Shown here piece after piece: positions 38,801 through 51,623 of a DNA stretch of 64,000 nt. Below the pieces are notes generated by a model. It was not told the DNA's origin. It saw only the letters and a list, made by a program, of their open reading frames with translations, and made no database searches. The position numbers and the translations under genes were made by a program. The DNA is taken from the NCBI GenBank assembly GCA_012295275.1, contig CM022671.1:22878001-22942000 (forward strand), written 5' to 3'. Position 1 is the first letter of the stretch, and each line of letters begins with the position of its first letter. Source of the stretch: Chrysomallon squamiferum (taxonomy: Eukaryota > Animalia > Mollusca).

Positions 38801-41800
38801 TTATCATTACATCATTAATACTGTTGACACAAATTATAAAAATCAAAGAAAGAAAATTAAAATGTATTGTGACTCCACAGAACAAATATTTCTTGTAATT
38901 TATAAATAATTTAATTTATCTTCTTTTTATTATTTAAAAAAAATTAAAATCAAAAAGAAACCAAAATCATACATCTTTCTGTTTAGTCCTGGTTTATTGA
39001 AAGAGCATTCTGATTGGTATTTGTTTTGGAAATGGATTTATACAAAAGATTAAGTTGAAAAAAAAAATCACTTTTATTCCATCCTTTTTTTATTGTCATT
39101 ATTCTTTGGTCCATATTTATTTATAATTATTTTACAAATGTTTTCCATAATTTTGTTACAAAAAAATTAATTGCCATAAAATTTACTCTTTCACTGACCA
39201 CATTGATGTAATCACTACACTATTAACATTAGAAGCTTAAGCTGTCAAACTTGCTGGGTGGTGTCATAATTTTAAGTAATATTATTATTTTCAGGATTCC
39301 TAAGATTTATTTCGGTACCAGGACTCACAAACAGGTGGCTCAGATTGTTAGAGAACTGAAAAAAACTGCTTACCACGACACAAGGTAAAATCAGTATTTA
39401 TGAAGATTTTTTAAAGTTTATTATTTTTATTATCCTCATCAGCAGCATTTATTTCGTAATTGGTACTCACTTCTTTATATTAATATTCCAGTTAATATTT
39501 TCATGACACTTATGTTTAGGTTTTATATAGTTTAAATTACTTCTTTTTTTTCTTGTTTTTAATAATGTGTTGTTGTTTTTTTTCATTCTTTTTTTTCAAC
39601 AGAATGACAATTCTGGCAAGTCGAGAACATACGTGTATTCATCCAGTGGTGTCAAGGTCATCAGCAAAGAATGAGGGATGTCAAGATTTACTAAATGTAG
39701 ATATTACTTTTAATAATTATTTTATAATAAATATAATGTAGTGTTAAAGACGTTTTGTTATGTGGTAATTACATATTTGCTTTTTAAAGTTAAAACTGAC
39801 GGTTGACCTTCATTGAACAGCTATAAATTATTTCAGCATTAAATGTTTTTAAAGATTTAACATTTTGTGCTACATATAAAAATGTGTAATGAATCAGTAT
39901 AACAATAGTTTGTTTATTTATTACTAATACACTACACTGTAGGTTAACACACTAAACGTTTACATTCTTTTTATTCAAATTTGTCTAACTGATTTTATTA
40001 TATTTTATGTTAATAAAGATTTGATTTACTGTCAGTTTCTTAATATTTAAGACAGCACTGGTGTTTAAATAAAGTCAGAATTTGTCAAAATGGGTGTATA
40101 TTCGGTGTCTTCTTGTTTTAAAAATGGTCCAGGGATAATTAAAATGTGTTTGATTGCAGGGTCCTGGCTGCAGTTTAAACGAAAAGGCAAAACGAGTGTC
40201 ATCTCATCTGGCACTGAACTCTTTTGGTCTTACAGGTGCTTGGGACCTGGAAGACATTGTTGAAGTCTTGAAGAAAAAGAAGGTAATTTATAAAGCAGTA
40301 TATGTCAAATAAAACATTTAGGGATCAAGGAACAGATTTTCACATTATTTAGCTAGAAAATTCTGTTTGCAGACAATGTGTGATTCTACAGTGAAACTTA
40401 ATTAATGGCTGACAGTGATGGCTTTTTTTATGTTGGTAACTCATATTCACTGCATGAGTAAGTAGCATTATATTTTATATTTATATTATTTCTAAAAAAC
40501 AAATTTTTCAGTATATATTAGAAACATTTTCTAAAGTTTAAAATTATACAACTTTTACTTTTAGCAACACAGAACAGAATTATCCACAATCTTTCAAATA
40601 CAGTTTAATTAAATTCTAGGTGAATGTATTTGAAAACTGCTGTTTTAAATTTTTATGTCATATTTAATAGTTAACTGTCGTGGTTTCAGTGATTTTATTT
40701 TAATGTTTCATATGAAAAGAACATTTATGTTTGTAAAGTTTAAAGTGATTTTTTAATTTACATTTTTGTTTCAGGCTTGTCCATACTTTGTAACTAAAGG
40801 CCTCAAAGACACTTCAGACCTGATTATTTGTCCTTACAACTATCTGGTAGATCCAGTGATTAGAAAATCTGTAAGCTTTCTTTAACTTTTTCATGTTTAA
40901 CTATATATATTGTTAAATTAGAATTTACTTTTCTTTAATTACTTTATTTTTGACAATGCAGATCCTGTGATATGATTTCCATTACAAGATAATAATTTCA
41001 AGATAGGTTTGAAAAAAAACACCCCCAAAAAAAACAATCAATTATGAATTACATTTCTTAAATTGAAATAAGTAATCAGTATTTAATAAAATAGTTTCAC
41101 TAATACTTTAATTAAAATTTACGTATTTATGTATGTGTGTATGTGTTTACAGTTAAGTTATAATTTACTTTATTATTAATTTAATATTATTTTTCAGATG
41201 GAGTTAAATCTGAAACACAGTATTGTAAAACCAGATGAGGGTCACAATACAGTTAAATTATAACTTACTTTACTATTAGTTTACTGCTATTTTTCAGATG
41301 GAGTTAAATCTGAAACACAGTATTGTAATACTTGACGAGGGTCACAATATCGAAGACTCTGCCAGAGAAGCAGGAAGTCAAACTATCATGGACTACGATC
41401 TGAGTAAAGTCATCACAGAACTTGATGTCCTGAGTGAGTGATTCTTTTAATACAGATATTTAATAAATTCAAAACTAAATAAATAAATCAAAAAAGAATA
41501 ATATTTGATAAATTCAAAATTATTATAAGTTATAATAAAAAATAATAACAATACAACTCTTTGTAATAATTGTTTTTCAGAAATGGAAAGATGGTTGTTA
41601 GTCATGTGACTTAGTTGTTAACATGCACAGTTATATAAAGTTATTTTCAGAAACAGCACACAGCTATTCATTCAAATTGGTTGCTGTATTCTCTATTCTA
41701 TTTTCAAATTCTAATCTTTTTCAGTTGAAGCCAACATCAAACTAGCTGATCATCTGAAAATCAAGACAATGGTAAGAAATTATAAAATGACAATATTGTT

Positions 41801-44800
41801 TATTTTTATTTTTTTTTTTTTTAAAATGCTTATTTTTTAGTGTCTGATTATATGCTTATATAAAAATAAATCCCAAATAAATTAGATTTTACTTTAAGTA
41901 AAATTTATATTTCAAAAATTGAAAAATTCAAAATTTTTAATATCATTCATCATCCTTTCAGCATTTCTGAATAAATGTAGATATTGAGAAATATATAGGT
42001 TATATAATTTATTTTGTATATATAATTATTTCCATTGGTAATATTATCAATATCATATGTCTGTATTTTCAGTGTTCACATTTGGAAAGGTTTATTCATC
42101 AAGAATCGGAAAATCTAGAGCAGAAAGATTTTGACAAAGCTTGTAAAATCTGGTCAGGATTTGACATCGTGGCACAGCTAAAACACATGATGATGGGTCC
42201 AGATGACTTCAAAGATTTATTGGTATGGTTTATTTTATTGATTTGCTTCACACAATTATTACAGAACTTTAATTTTTAAATTAAAATTATTATTATTATT
42301 TGAATTTTATTTAATACTTTTCTTAAGCCCTAAGCCTGTTTATATTTGCTATATTTATACTGAGTTTTTTTGTGATACATTTCCCTGAACCTGTATGCAT
42401 AATCAACACACTATTTTTAAATGTAAATAAATTTATGTTTTAAAATCCATCTTTAGTATGAATACTTATGTCAGTACCATTAAACAGAGTAAAAAATAAA
42501 ATAAAATTTTCATATATGAACAATTTAAATTTTCTTATTGAATTTTTTTTAATGGTTTCTGTTTGTGCAGCATTATTGCCAGGAACCAACTGAATTTCAA
42601 AATAGTTTTAAACAAAAACATGTACCTTAAAATACAGATTTGTTTTATTAAAATGTTTTTTAGAAGTCATACACCTTCATTTGTGAAGATGATGAGGACC
42701 AGTTTACTAACCAACAAGGAGAAAACACGAAGTTGAAATCAGCAAGTCGTCAAGTTCTGGAACAGATTTTCACTGTTTTGGAATACATGTATCGACAGGA
42801 CCTCAAGTATGTTGAGGATTACAGGTAAGTCAATTAATTAATTAATTAATTTTACTTTAATACAGTCTAAACACTTCACTGGTTAAAAATAGGTGAATAA
42901 ATAAACATAATTTTTGTTAACATTATCTTTATGTCATTTGTTACTAAAAGTAAATAATGTTTTTATATATGCTAATTTTTAGAAAAGAAATACTTATTAC
43001 AGGAACAGGAAAATTGTTATAAATTCTAAAAAGAATATCACATGAATATTTGAACAACTGATATAATTAAATGGAAATACAGTTATTAGTTTCCTTTTTT
43101 ATTTAGCTCTTTATGAGAACAATATATTAATTTTTGTATAAAGGAGGGAAAATGCAAAACAAACAAAAAAAAACCACCCTACAATAACAATGCACTCCAC
43201 AGCATTAATCTTCTTACCTTTGCATGTGTTGTTATAAATTTACCAAAATTTATATTTAATAACATATTTCTCTTCTGTTCATTCTTATTTATTTATTTAT
43301 ATATTTATTTATATTTGGTAATGTCTATTTATTGCAGAGTTTCTGTTGTTAGAACTACCAGTTACAACAGGAAGCCAAAACAGCCTACAGTAAGAAAGCA
43401 GAATTTTAAAAATTTATATAACGCAGTAGAATCTCAGAAATTTCCGTCAGGTTAATTTTTTAAATTCTTATTACTCACTTCCACTCTCATTCATAACAAA
43501 TTAACCTTTACAACAAACTAACCTAATCACTGAGAGAAATATATCTTCTATTTTGTTTACATCGCTACTGAACTAATTTTATTTTTATTTTTTTTTATTG
43601 TTAATGATATTACAGTTGATGTTATAAATAAAGTTATATGCGTTGATGCAAAATTATTGTATTCTTTAAATATATATTGTTTTAAAATTAACTTTCATGC
43701 AATATTTTCAGAATGCTGTTTGGCTAATGTCCAGAAGAAATCGATCAGGTATTTCAGAAAATATATAATTTTGTGAAGACAAACAGAAATACTGCATTTG
43801 TTTTAAAAATTCTGATTTATATTACAATTTTATAATTTTGCTTTGAAACAATAACAACAAAAAAAAAAAAAAAAAAAAAAAGAAATTAAATAAATAAAAA
43901 TAAAATAATACATAAAAAAATGATTGTACAAAAAAAACCCTTTAATTCTGATATCACTGTAATTATAGATTAATATCTGATTCTAGTTTCAAATATATTT
44001 GATTGATTTATCATTTATTCAAAATGATGCATATGTAAACAGTTTTTATTTAATTATTTCTTTATAAAAATGTTCCTTTTCAGAACCACAGAACAACGTA
44101 GAAGTGAATTTTTCTCTTAACTTTTGGTGCATGAATCCAGCAGTGGTATGTCAATTGTTAGTCTAAATCTTAATGTTCAAGTCGTTTTGATGGTACCAAA
44201 TAAAATATTTAATACAAATACGTTTTCACTGGTATATTGTTATTGCATTTTTAAAATTTTTAAATCTTGTTTTTTTTTTGTTTATTATTTTTGTAGGGAA
44301 ATGTGATTATGACAAAATATTTTTGTTGCCTTTATTTTTATGTTGCAAGACAATTTAATGTAATCAAGCTTGAAAAATCATTATATTATCATTTTTATTC
44401 ACTGGATTGTGATTAAGATGATATTCTTTGATTTGCTATTTTTAATTATCATTTTATTTTCCTTTTTTTGTTTTGTTTTTATTCTTTTATTATCTTAATA
44501 TTTATTGCAGACTTCTACTAATTATTAACTAAAATGTGTATAATTAGTTTTTTGTGACTTTCAGTCGTTTTCAGATTTTGTTGCTTGTCGATGTCTGATT
44601 CTCACCAGTGGGACTCTCTCCCCCATGTCATCATTTCAGTCTGAACTAGGTCTGGATTTCCCAATCCAACTGGAAGCAAATCATGTCATAAAAGATGACC
44701 AGGTAATCATACTAAACTTTAAAGATGTTTATATAACTTATTTTAAGAATTTATTATTATAATTTGGAAAATTTTAACATTTAAATAACAAACATATAAT

Positions 44801-46324
44801 GATTTACAGACAGATCTTATTCATTATAATTATATTATAATTACAGTAAATAAAAATGATATAAATCAAAATTGCATGTAAATGAATATCTTTTGTTTGA
44901 TATTCAAGGCTTATGAAGACATAACATTATATATATCTATTTCTCTGTATAGAATAAATTCTGTTTATATGTCTGTATGTGTATGTATATACACACATGT
45001 ACATAAATTTATACTTACACTCACATATATATAGATATATATATATATTTACACGTTTATACAGTGACACAAACATACATAAACACACATACACATATAT
45101 TTATATTGTTGAAATATTTGATATTACATTATATATTTTGTTTTTTATTTCTCGTGTAGATCTGGGTTGGTGCAATTGGACAGGGACCCAAGGGTACATC
45201 ATTACAAGCAGTCTACAGAAATGTCGACACATTTGTTTTTCAGGACGAACTCGGAGAACTCATTCTTCGAGTGTGCGAAGTAATTAAAAATGAGCTTCAG
45301 TATTAATATTCTGTTGAAAATAATAATTTAAAAAAAGTAATAATATAAAATGAAGGCAAATCAAGCAGTATTTTATAAAACAAAAAAATAAATAAAAAAG
45401 GAAAAAACTTTTTTTTAACTTAATTCCATATGAATAAAATTATATGCATCTATCATTTTATATATTACCAATTTCTTATCCATAGATAGTAAAAATAATT
45501 ATTAGTTTTCCTACTTTGTTAAAAATAAGTAAGAAATCTAAGATTTTTTATTTTACCAGCATTGCTTTGAAAATAAGATAACAGTCTGAAAATGTGAATA
45601 TATAAAATGTATATGTGCATGTGTGTGTTATTTTGCATCTTCTAATATACTAATTATTATAATATTGTGTTTCTTCTCTACAGACAGTGCCACATGGTGT
45701 CCTGTGTTTTCTCTCTTCATACAACATGCTGGAGAAAGTCAGAGAAAGATGGAAGGTACGTTTTCAGACAAACTAAGTATTCCTTTACTTTTCTAGTTTG
45801 TAGAAATCCTTTGAGAATTGGGCTTGAATGTTATGTTTGAGCAATTTTTCTAAAAAATACAGTATTAATGTTATTTTTAATCATTTTTAATTTTATATTA
45901 AATATTAAATATATCTGTACTGTTGTTTCCAGACAACACGTCTGTGGATGAAGATTCTGGAAAAGAAGAAAATAATATCTGAACCAAGAGCCTCAGACAA
46001 AATAGACTTTGAAGAGCTGATGAAGTACTTCTACAAAGTCATAGAAACCGGAGAAGACTCAGACAATGGTATGTTTTGCTTTGATTAAATTTATTTTTAA
46101 ATTTACTACAAATTCTTTTATTATTATTTTTATTATTATTATTAATTATGATTACTACTATTATTATTATTATTTTAATAATTATGATTATTATTATTTC
46201 TATTATTGTTATTATTATTATTAATCTTGTTACTATTTTGTATTATTATTATTATTTACAATTATTACTACTACTAATACTATTACTGTTACCACTTACT
46301 ATTTAGTAGTATTATTATCATTAC

Positions 46325-46384
<60 letters not shown>

Positions 46385-48562
46385 TACTACTACTGCTATT
46401 GCCACTACTACTACTAGAGCTACTACTAGCACCATAATTATGTTTTATGAAATACTGAAGTATAAACTTTTGGCAATAAAGAGACTGAGGGGGAACTGGT
46501 TGGAATGGGCAATTGAAATAAAGGTGTTGGTTGTTTGGTAAGGTTGTTGTTGTTGTTTTGTTCTCAGCTGATGAGGAAGGAGGTACAGACGGAGCTCTCT
46601 TTCTCGCTGTGTGTCGAGGCAAGGTCAGTGAGGGGTTAGACTTCGCTGATAACTTCGCACGAGCTGTCATCACAGTATGTACTTCATTATGTTTGTTACA
46701 AGTCTAATAAAAAATACTTCATTTATTTATATAGTTATGTATTTATTTATAGTTATTTATTTATTTAGTTAATTATATTTATTGTTTTTATTTGTTTTAA
46801 AAAAATAATTTAAAAAAACCCAAATAAAATCTTTCCATTCATTCATTGATTCATTCATTCATTCACATATTTATTTTAATTTTTTTTAAATATCATTACA
46901 TTTGCATATATTTTTTTTTTTTATTTGTCAGTTTTCATTTACTTATGTGCTCTTTTATTTATTTTTAGGTTGGAATACCTTACCCAAACTTTAAAGATAT
47001 ACAGGTGAGATTTTTGGAAATCTTGCACTTCCTATGTAGGACAGCATTGGTATTTTTATTTAGTGGTATTTGTTATCAGTGTGACTTGTTTTCTCTGTTA
47101 ATAATATCCAGCTCGCATATTTATCTGAAGCCAGTTCAGGACTATATGAATGCTTCCTTTGAGCCTGTTAGGAGTCCTAGCTGGGTGGTTTTGGTTCTGT
47201 AGTTGTAATTTAATAATAATATTTATTATTTTACTAGGTGGAACTGAAAAGAAAATACAATGATCAGAATCGCTCGCGAGGGTTGCTGTCTGGCAGTGAC
47301 TGGTACGAGATTCAGGCTTTCCGAGCGCTCAACCAGGCTCTGGGTCGATGCATTAGACACAGGTAGTTTCAGGTGATCTTTGTGTAGTCAGTGGTTAGAG
47401 CACTGGACTGAGGCACGATCTGTCACAGGATCCATTCTCCTTTGTACATCTTTTTTTCCTACATGTGTCTGATATGTCAAAAGTATTATTGTTAGTGTTT
47501 ATCAGATTTTGGTTTTATTGCAGTTGACGCAATCCCAGAAATATGCCCCATGTTATGGTTTTTTAAGCTTTAGCATGATGTTACTATGATGTCGAAATCA
47601 AAATGTCACTGTTTTCTGTAGTTCTTGTATGAGGAAAGGAATATGTATATGAGAGGAAAAAAATTATTTCCTAACTTTGAAAATCAATTTAGAAGAATGT
47701 ACCTGAATGAGTTTTAAAAAATGACTTGTTGATTTTGAGGTTTTCTTGTTTTAAAAGAATTATAATGTTACATTTCACAGAAACTGGAAACATAATTGTC
47801 TTAAACTTTGGAAAAATAATCTATGTTTTGTGCTTATTTATAATGCCAATAGTTCATTGATTTGGAAAATAATAAAGACACAATATAAAGCGTAATTGTC
47901 ATATCTATTTCAGGAAAGACTGGGGTGCCCTTATTTTAGTGGATGACAGATTTGTTAAAAATTCACAGAAGTATTGCAAAGGTAAATTACCACTGATGCT
48001 GGTACTCAAAAGTTTCTTTTGATTATTTTAATACACTATTTTATATAATAATGCAACATTTTTAATTTTTTTTTATTTTACTTCTCAATCAGAGTTGAAA
48101 TTATTTAATGATATTAGTTTATTTTATTTGTTTCTTTCTCTATTGTTTCAGTTCTTTCACTCACTTTTCAACTTTAAAAGTTAACTGGTATTTGGTTATT
48201 AATACATACAGATGTTTTTCTTCTCGTTTTATAAATTCCAGGCCTTTCCAAATGGGTAAGAAAGAAAACTCAGCCATTTCACAATTTTAATCAAGCAATG
48301 GAATCCTTGGCGATGTTCACGAAAACCAGGATTGAAGCATCAGAAAATGAAGGGTTCGTTTTTGCAGAAAATATATTTTATGTTATAAATTTAAGATCCT
48401 CATAAAAATGTATTAATTTGAAATAATGTCACTGTTGTTAAATTTATAAATTATATCTTCCTGTTGTGTATAACACTGATAGGTCTCACTAAAGATAATT
48501 TTTTTTATATATATATATAATTCTGTCACACTGATCTGAAAAAAGTTTATTTTGTTTATTTT

Positions 48563-48599
<37 letters not shown>

Positions 48600-51500
48600 T
48601 ACAAACTTTTTAAATTATAATCCGATGTTTCAGTCTCCATTTATTATTTTGTAATGACACAACACAACCTTTCTTCAACAGACCAGATACGTCATTTTTC
48701 CCAAGGACACCAGGTACACATGTTTCCCAACAAAATAAAAGTCTAATGTTACCCAGCACACCAGTGAGTACAAAACAAAACACCACTGAATTTTCATCTC
48801 TTTCTGAAGTAAAAGACCAGAAGTCATCATCAACTCTGGCATCAGGAATTTCTAGATCTAGTACTCCAGTCCAAGCGTCAAAAACAAGATCAGTTGGTCA
48901 GACATTTTTCACCACCCAGGCTGGAAAGGGGTGTGGTCAGAGAAATGTTCTTCTTGAAGCTGGCGACTCACCTATGTCTGCACGGAAAGGAACGCCAAGT
49001 GCGAAGAAAGCTAAACCTTTACAAGGACATTCGTCTTCCAACAATAATAAACACGTTTCATCTGCAGACTCGCTGAATGTATGTAATATGAAGGACTCAA
49101 AAAGTGCAAATAATTCTAGCATGGTAAGTGATAATGAGTGTGAAGTTAGCTCAAAACAAAACGTTTCAGCAGTAAATTGTGAAAATGATGTTACCGTGAT
49201 ACTGGATGATGAGCCAGAAAAGACAGGAGATAAGCCAGAGGCAAAGAAGATGGCCACTCCACATAAAAAAAGTGGTAAAGAAATCAATAAATTCTTTAAG
49301 TTCTTTAAAATGTCCACCACACAGAATAATAAAGCTGATTCAACAGTAATTAGTGCCTCTGCTACAGAGAATAAGTCTGATGGTTCAGATAATATAGAAA
49401 CAAAAACACTGGAGAATTCACCAAAACATGAGAATGTTTCTACTACAGAGAAGTCTGCAGAGAGTCCATTGTTGTTTGAAGGATCTTTCCAGGACAGAGA
49501 AAAACGGGATGGTTTTTTAAACAGTAATAATAACAATGACATGAATGAAACATCTGTAGAATCCTGTAAGAAACCATTGTTCAGGAAAATCAAATTAGGA
49601 CTGGGATTAGACAGTGAACAGAAGGTAAAGAAAGAGGAGACTGGTGCTGATACTGAAAATGTGGAAGTCAAAGTAGAGGCAGCAACAAAAACAGAAGTCG
49701 GTGGTGATGTTAAAAGTGAGAATGTGAACTCCAGTGGTGAAGAGGATTTTGCAGAACTTTTGGTAAAAAGACGAAGTTCGAGAAAGCTGAAACGCAAGTC
49801 GATGAACTTGTCAAAGCCAGGAAAGAAAAGACAAAAAGGAGTTGAATTTTTAGACTCCTCAGAAACATCCAGTGATAAGGTAGTCATTAATTAATACATG
49901 GAACATTTAAAATGTCTTAATCTGTGATGATAAAATAATACTATGTTGACATACTAACACTGTTGTACTAAACATTATGCATCAGTTGTGAATTTGCTGA
50001 TGAATTATTTAAAATTTTGTAACGTGATAAATTAAATAATTTGTTCTGTGATTCATTAAGAGTATTCTGTAATAAGTTAAATTCTGTATACATTTTATTC
50101 AGAAATATTTTGTACATTTAAATTATTAAATCAGTTAGCAATATTTAACATTAATGACATTAAAAAAATTATTACTGAAAGAACATAAATATAAAGCTGT
50201 TTCAGGTTGTTCAGTTAAGTCAGGAAAAGATTTAACTGATTTGATTGTAAAGCTCAGAAGAATTAAAAAATACATTATTTTAAGAATTATTAATGTTTTA
50301 ATAATTATGTATATTCCCCAACAAAGCTTTGTAAAATAGAATAAATAATTATTAATATTTCATTTATTCCAGAAACGTCAAATTCAGTGTTCTGCATGTG
50401 GCAAGGTTTTAGTTGATGATGCTAAAGGTTATTCAAAGAAGTTTTAACTAAATTATTTGAAAACCTCTCTCTTTATCTTTCTTTAACTTTTAAAATCTAT
50501 CAGTATTTTAATTAAAAAATTAATTTTATGGTTTTTGTTGAATTTTTAAAAATATTTAATGTAAATCCAAAATAATAATTATATTATTTTTTAATTATTA
50601 TTGTTATTATTTATTTTTGAACAATAATTTAGAGAAAGAGGCTTTGTGTTTTTGTTTTCTGTGAAATGTTACTACACATATTATCCATTAAAATGATTAA
50701 TAATAATAATAATAATAAGCAATACTAATAATTTCTTTTCTTTTTCAAGGTTGTGAAAAAACAAAGAGGATACCCAGTTTCCTCCAAAGCATTCTAAATA
50801 AACAGAACAGATCTCTGATACATTTCACCAGCTCCGACTTGCCCAGTAATCTGCAAATCAAAACTGCAGAGGAAAAATCAGGTAAGTGTATTTTTAAAAT
50901 TACAATTAATCTCAAACATTTTTAATTTTAAAAATATTACTTTTATCAGAATTTCTTTTAAAAATATATCAGATACCTATTTAGCTATCATTGTAAAATA
51001 CGTCAAATATTTTCAAATATTTTTTTTATAGAGATCTGTAAAAGGTGATTGGACAGAAATAAACTTGTGTGGTTTTTTTTTTAACATATTTGTGTTTTTT
51101 AGGAATGTGTTTGAACTGTCACTGGGAGGAGGGGGAGGGAGTCTGTGTTCAGTTTCTCACTTGTTCTCTGTGTGATGTTTGTGATATAATTGGCTGCAGA
51201 GTTGTCTTCAGTACAGGTGTTTCACAGTTTGAAACAGGACAGGTAAAAATGAATAATAAAATTTTACTATTGTGACTCAGTTTGAATTGTAACACATTCA
51301 GTCACATAATTTATTTATCATTCAGATAAAATAAATAGATGTATAAATTAAAATAAGAAAAACCAATAAAAACAATTAATAGGGAATAAAAGCAATATCA
51401 AAACAAAATTAAAATTACCTTTGAACACATGAACAATAATTAAATCAGTTTGGTTAAAACATTTTCTACTCCATTGTCTAAATCAGCAGAATTGTCAACA

Positions 51501-51623
51501 AAAACTGATACATAACTGCATTTTTTTAAATAACAGTTTTCATGTTGTTGTTTTTTAAACTAATTATTATTTTTTATGTATTTTCAGATTTGGCTGTTAG
51601 ATTCGATGGTGAAATGGGTGTAA
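35813..51623 (+). CDS. BRIP1: Fanconi anemia group J Fe-S DNA helicase (BRIP1/FANCJ), ~32 coding exons
   Basis: Starts [34 protein letters not shown] (35813-35914). Walker [12 protein letters not shown] (36574-36685), CCCPCH insertion (37661-37807) and [17 protein letters not shown] (39295-39384). Four Fe-S cysteines in exons 39603-39696, 40160-40282 and 40775-40870. [10 protein letters not shown] (41298-41433), [32 protein letters not shown] (46568-46674), [22 protein letters not shown] and GLSKWVR. Long exon 48682-49879; terminal exons 50373-50427, 50750-50881, 51103-51242 and 51588-51623 (TAA). Confidence 0.95.
41148..41349 (+). repeat. 100-bp tandem duplication spanning an intron-exon boundary of BRIP1
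   Basis: TTTTTCAG|ATGGAGTTAAATCTGAAACACAGTATTGTAA...GA(T/C)GAGGGTCACAATA occurs twice, with the ATG at 41198 and 41298. Confidence 0.9.
46110..46430. repeat. (TTA/CTA)n low-complexity trinucleotide tract in a BRIP1 intron
   Basis: Read directly from the sequence. Confidence 0.85.
47381..47445 (+). mobile_element. Degenerate tRNA-derived SINE head in a BRIP1 intron
   Basis: GTGTAGTCAGTGGTTAGAGCACTGGACTGAGGCACGATCTGTCACAGGATCCATTCTCC has an A-box-like TAGTCAGTGG and a degenerate B-box-like GGATCCATTC at tRNA-like spacing. No intact cloverleaf. Confidence 0.45.

Noticed and set aside
46299-46673. Poly-S/poly-N antisense ORF
   Set aside because: It is antisense to a BRIP1 exon plus a (TTA)n tract.
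47381-47445. Functional tRNA gene
   Set aside because: The stems do not pair and the B box is degenerate, so it is at most a SINE remnant.
48937-49887. 316-aa antisense ORF
   Set aside because: It is the shadow of the long BRIP1 exon, and its F/S/L-rich composition is the expected complement.
48746-49894. 382-aa ORF as a stand-alone gene
   Set aside because: It is in frame with an acceptor at 48681 and has a donor at 49880, so it is an internal BRIP1 exon.
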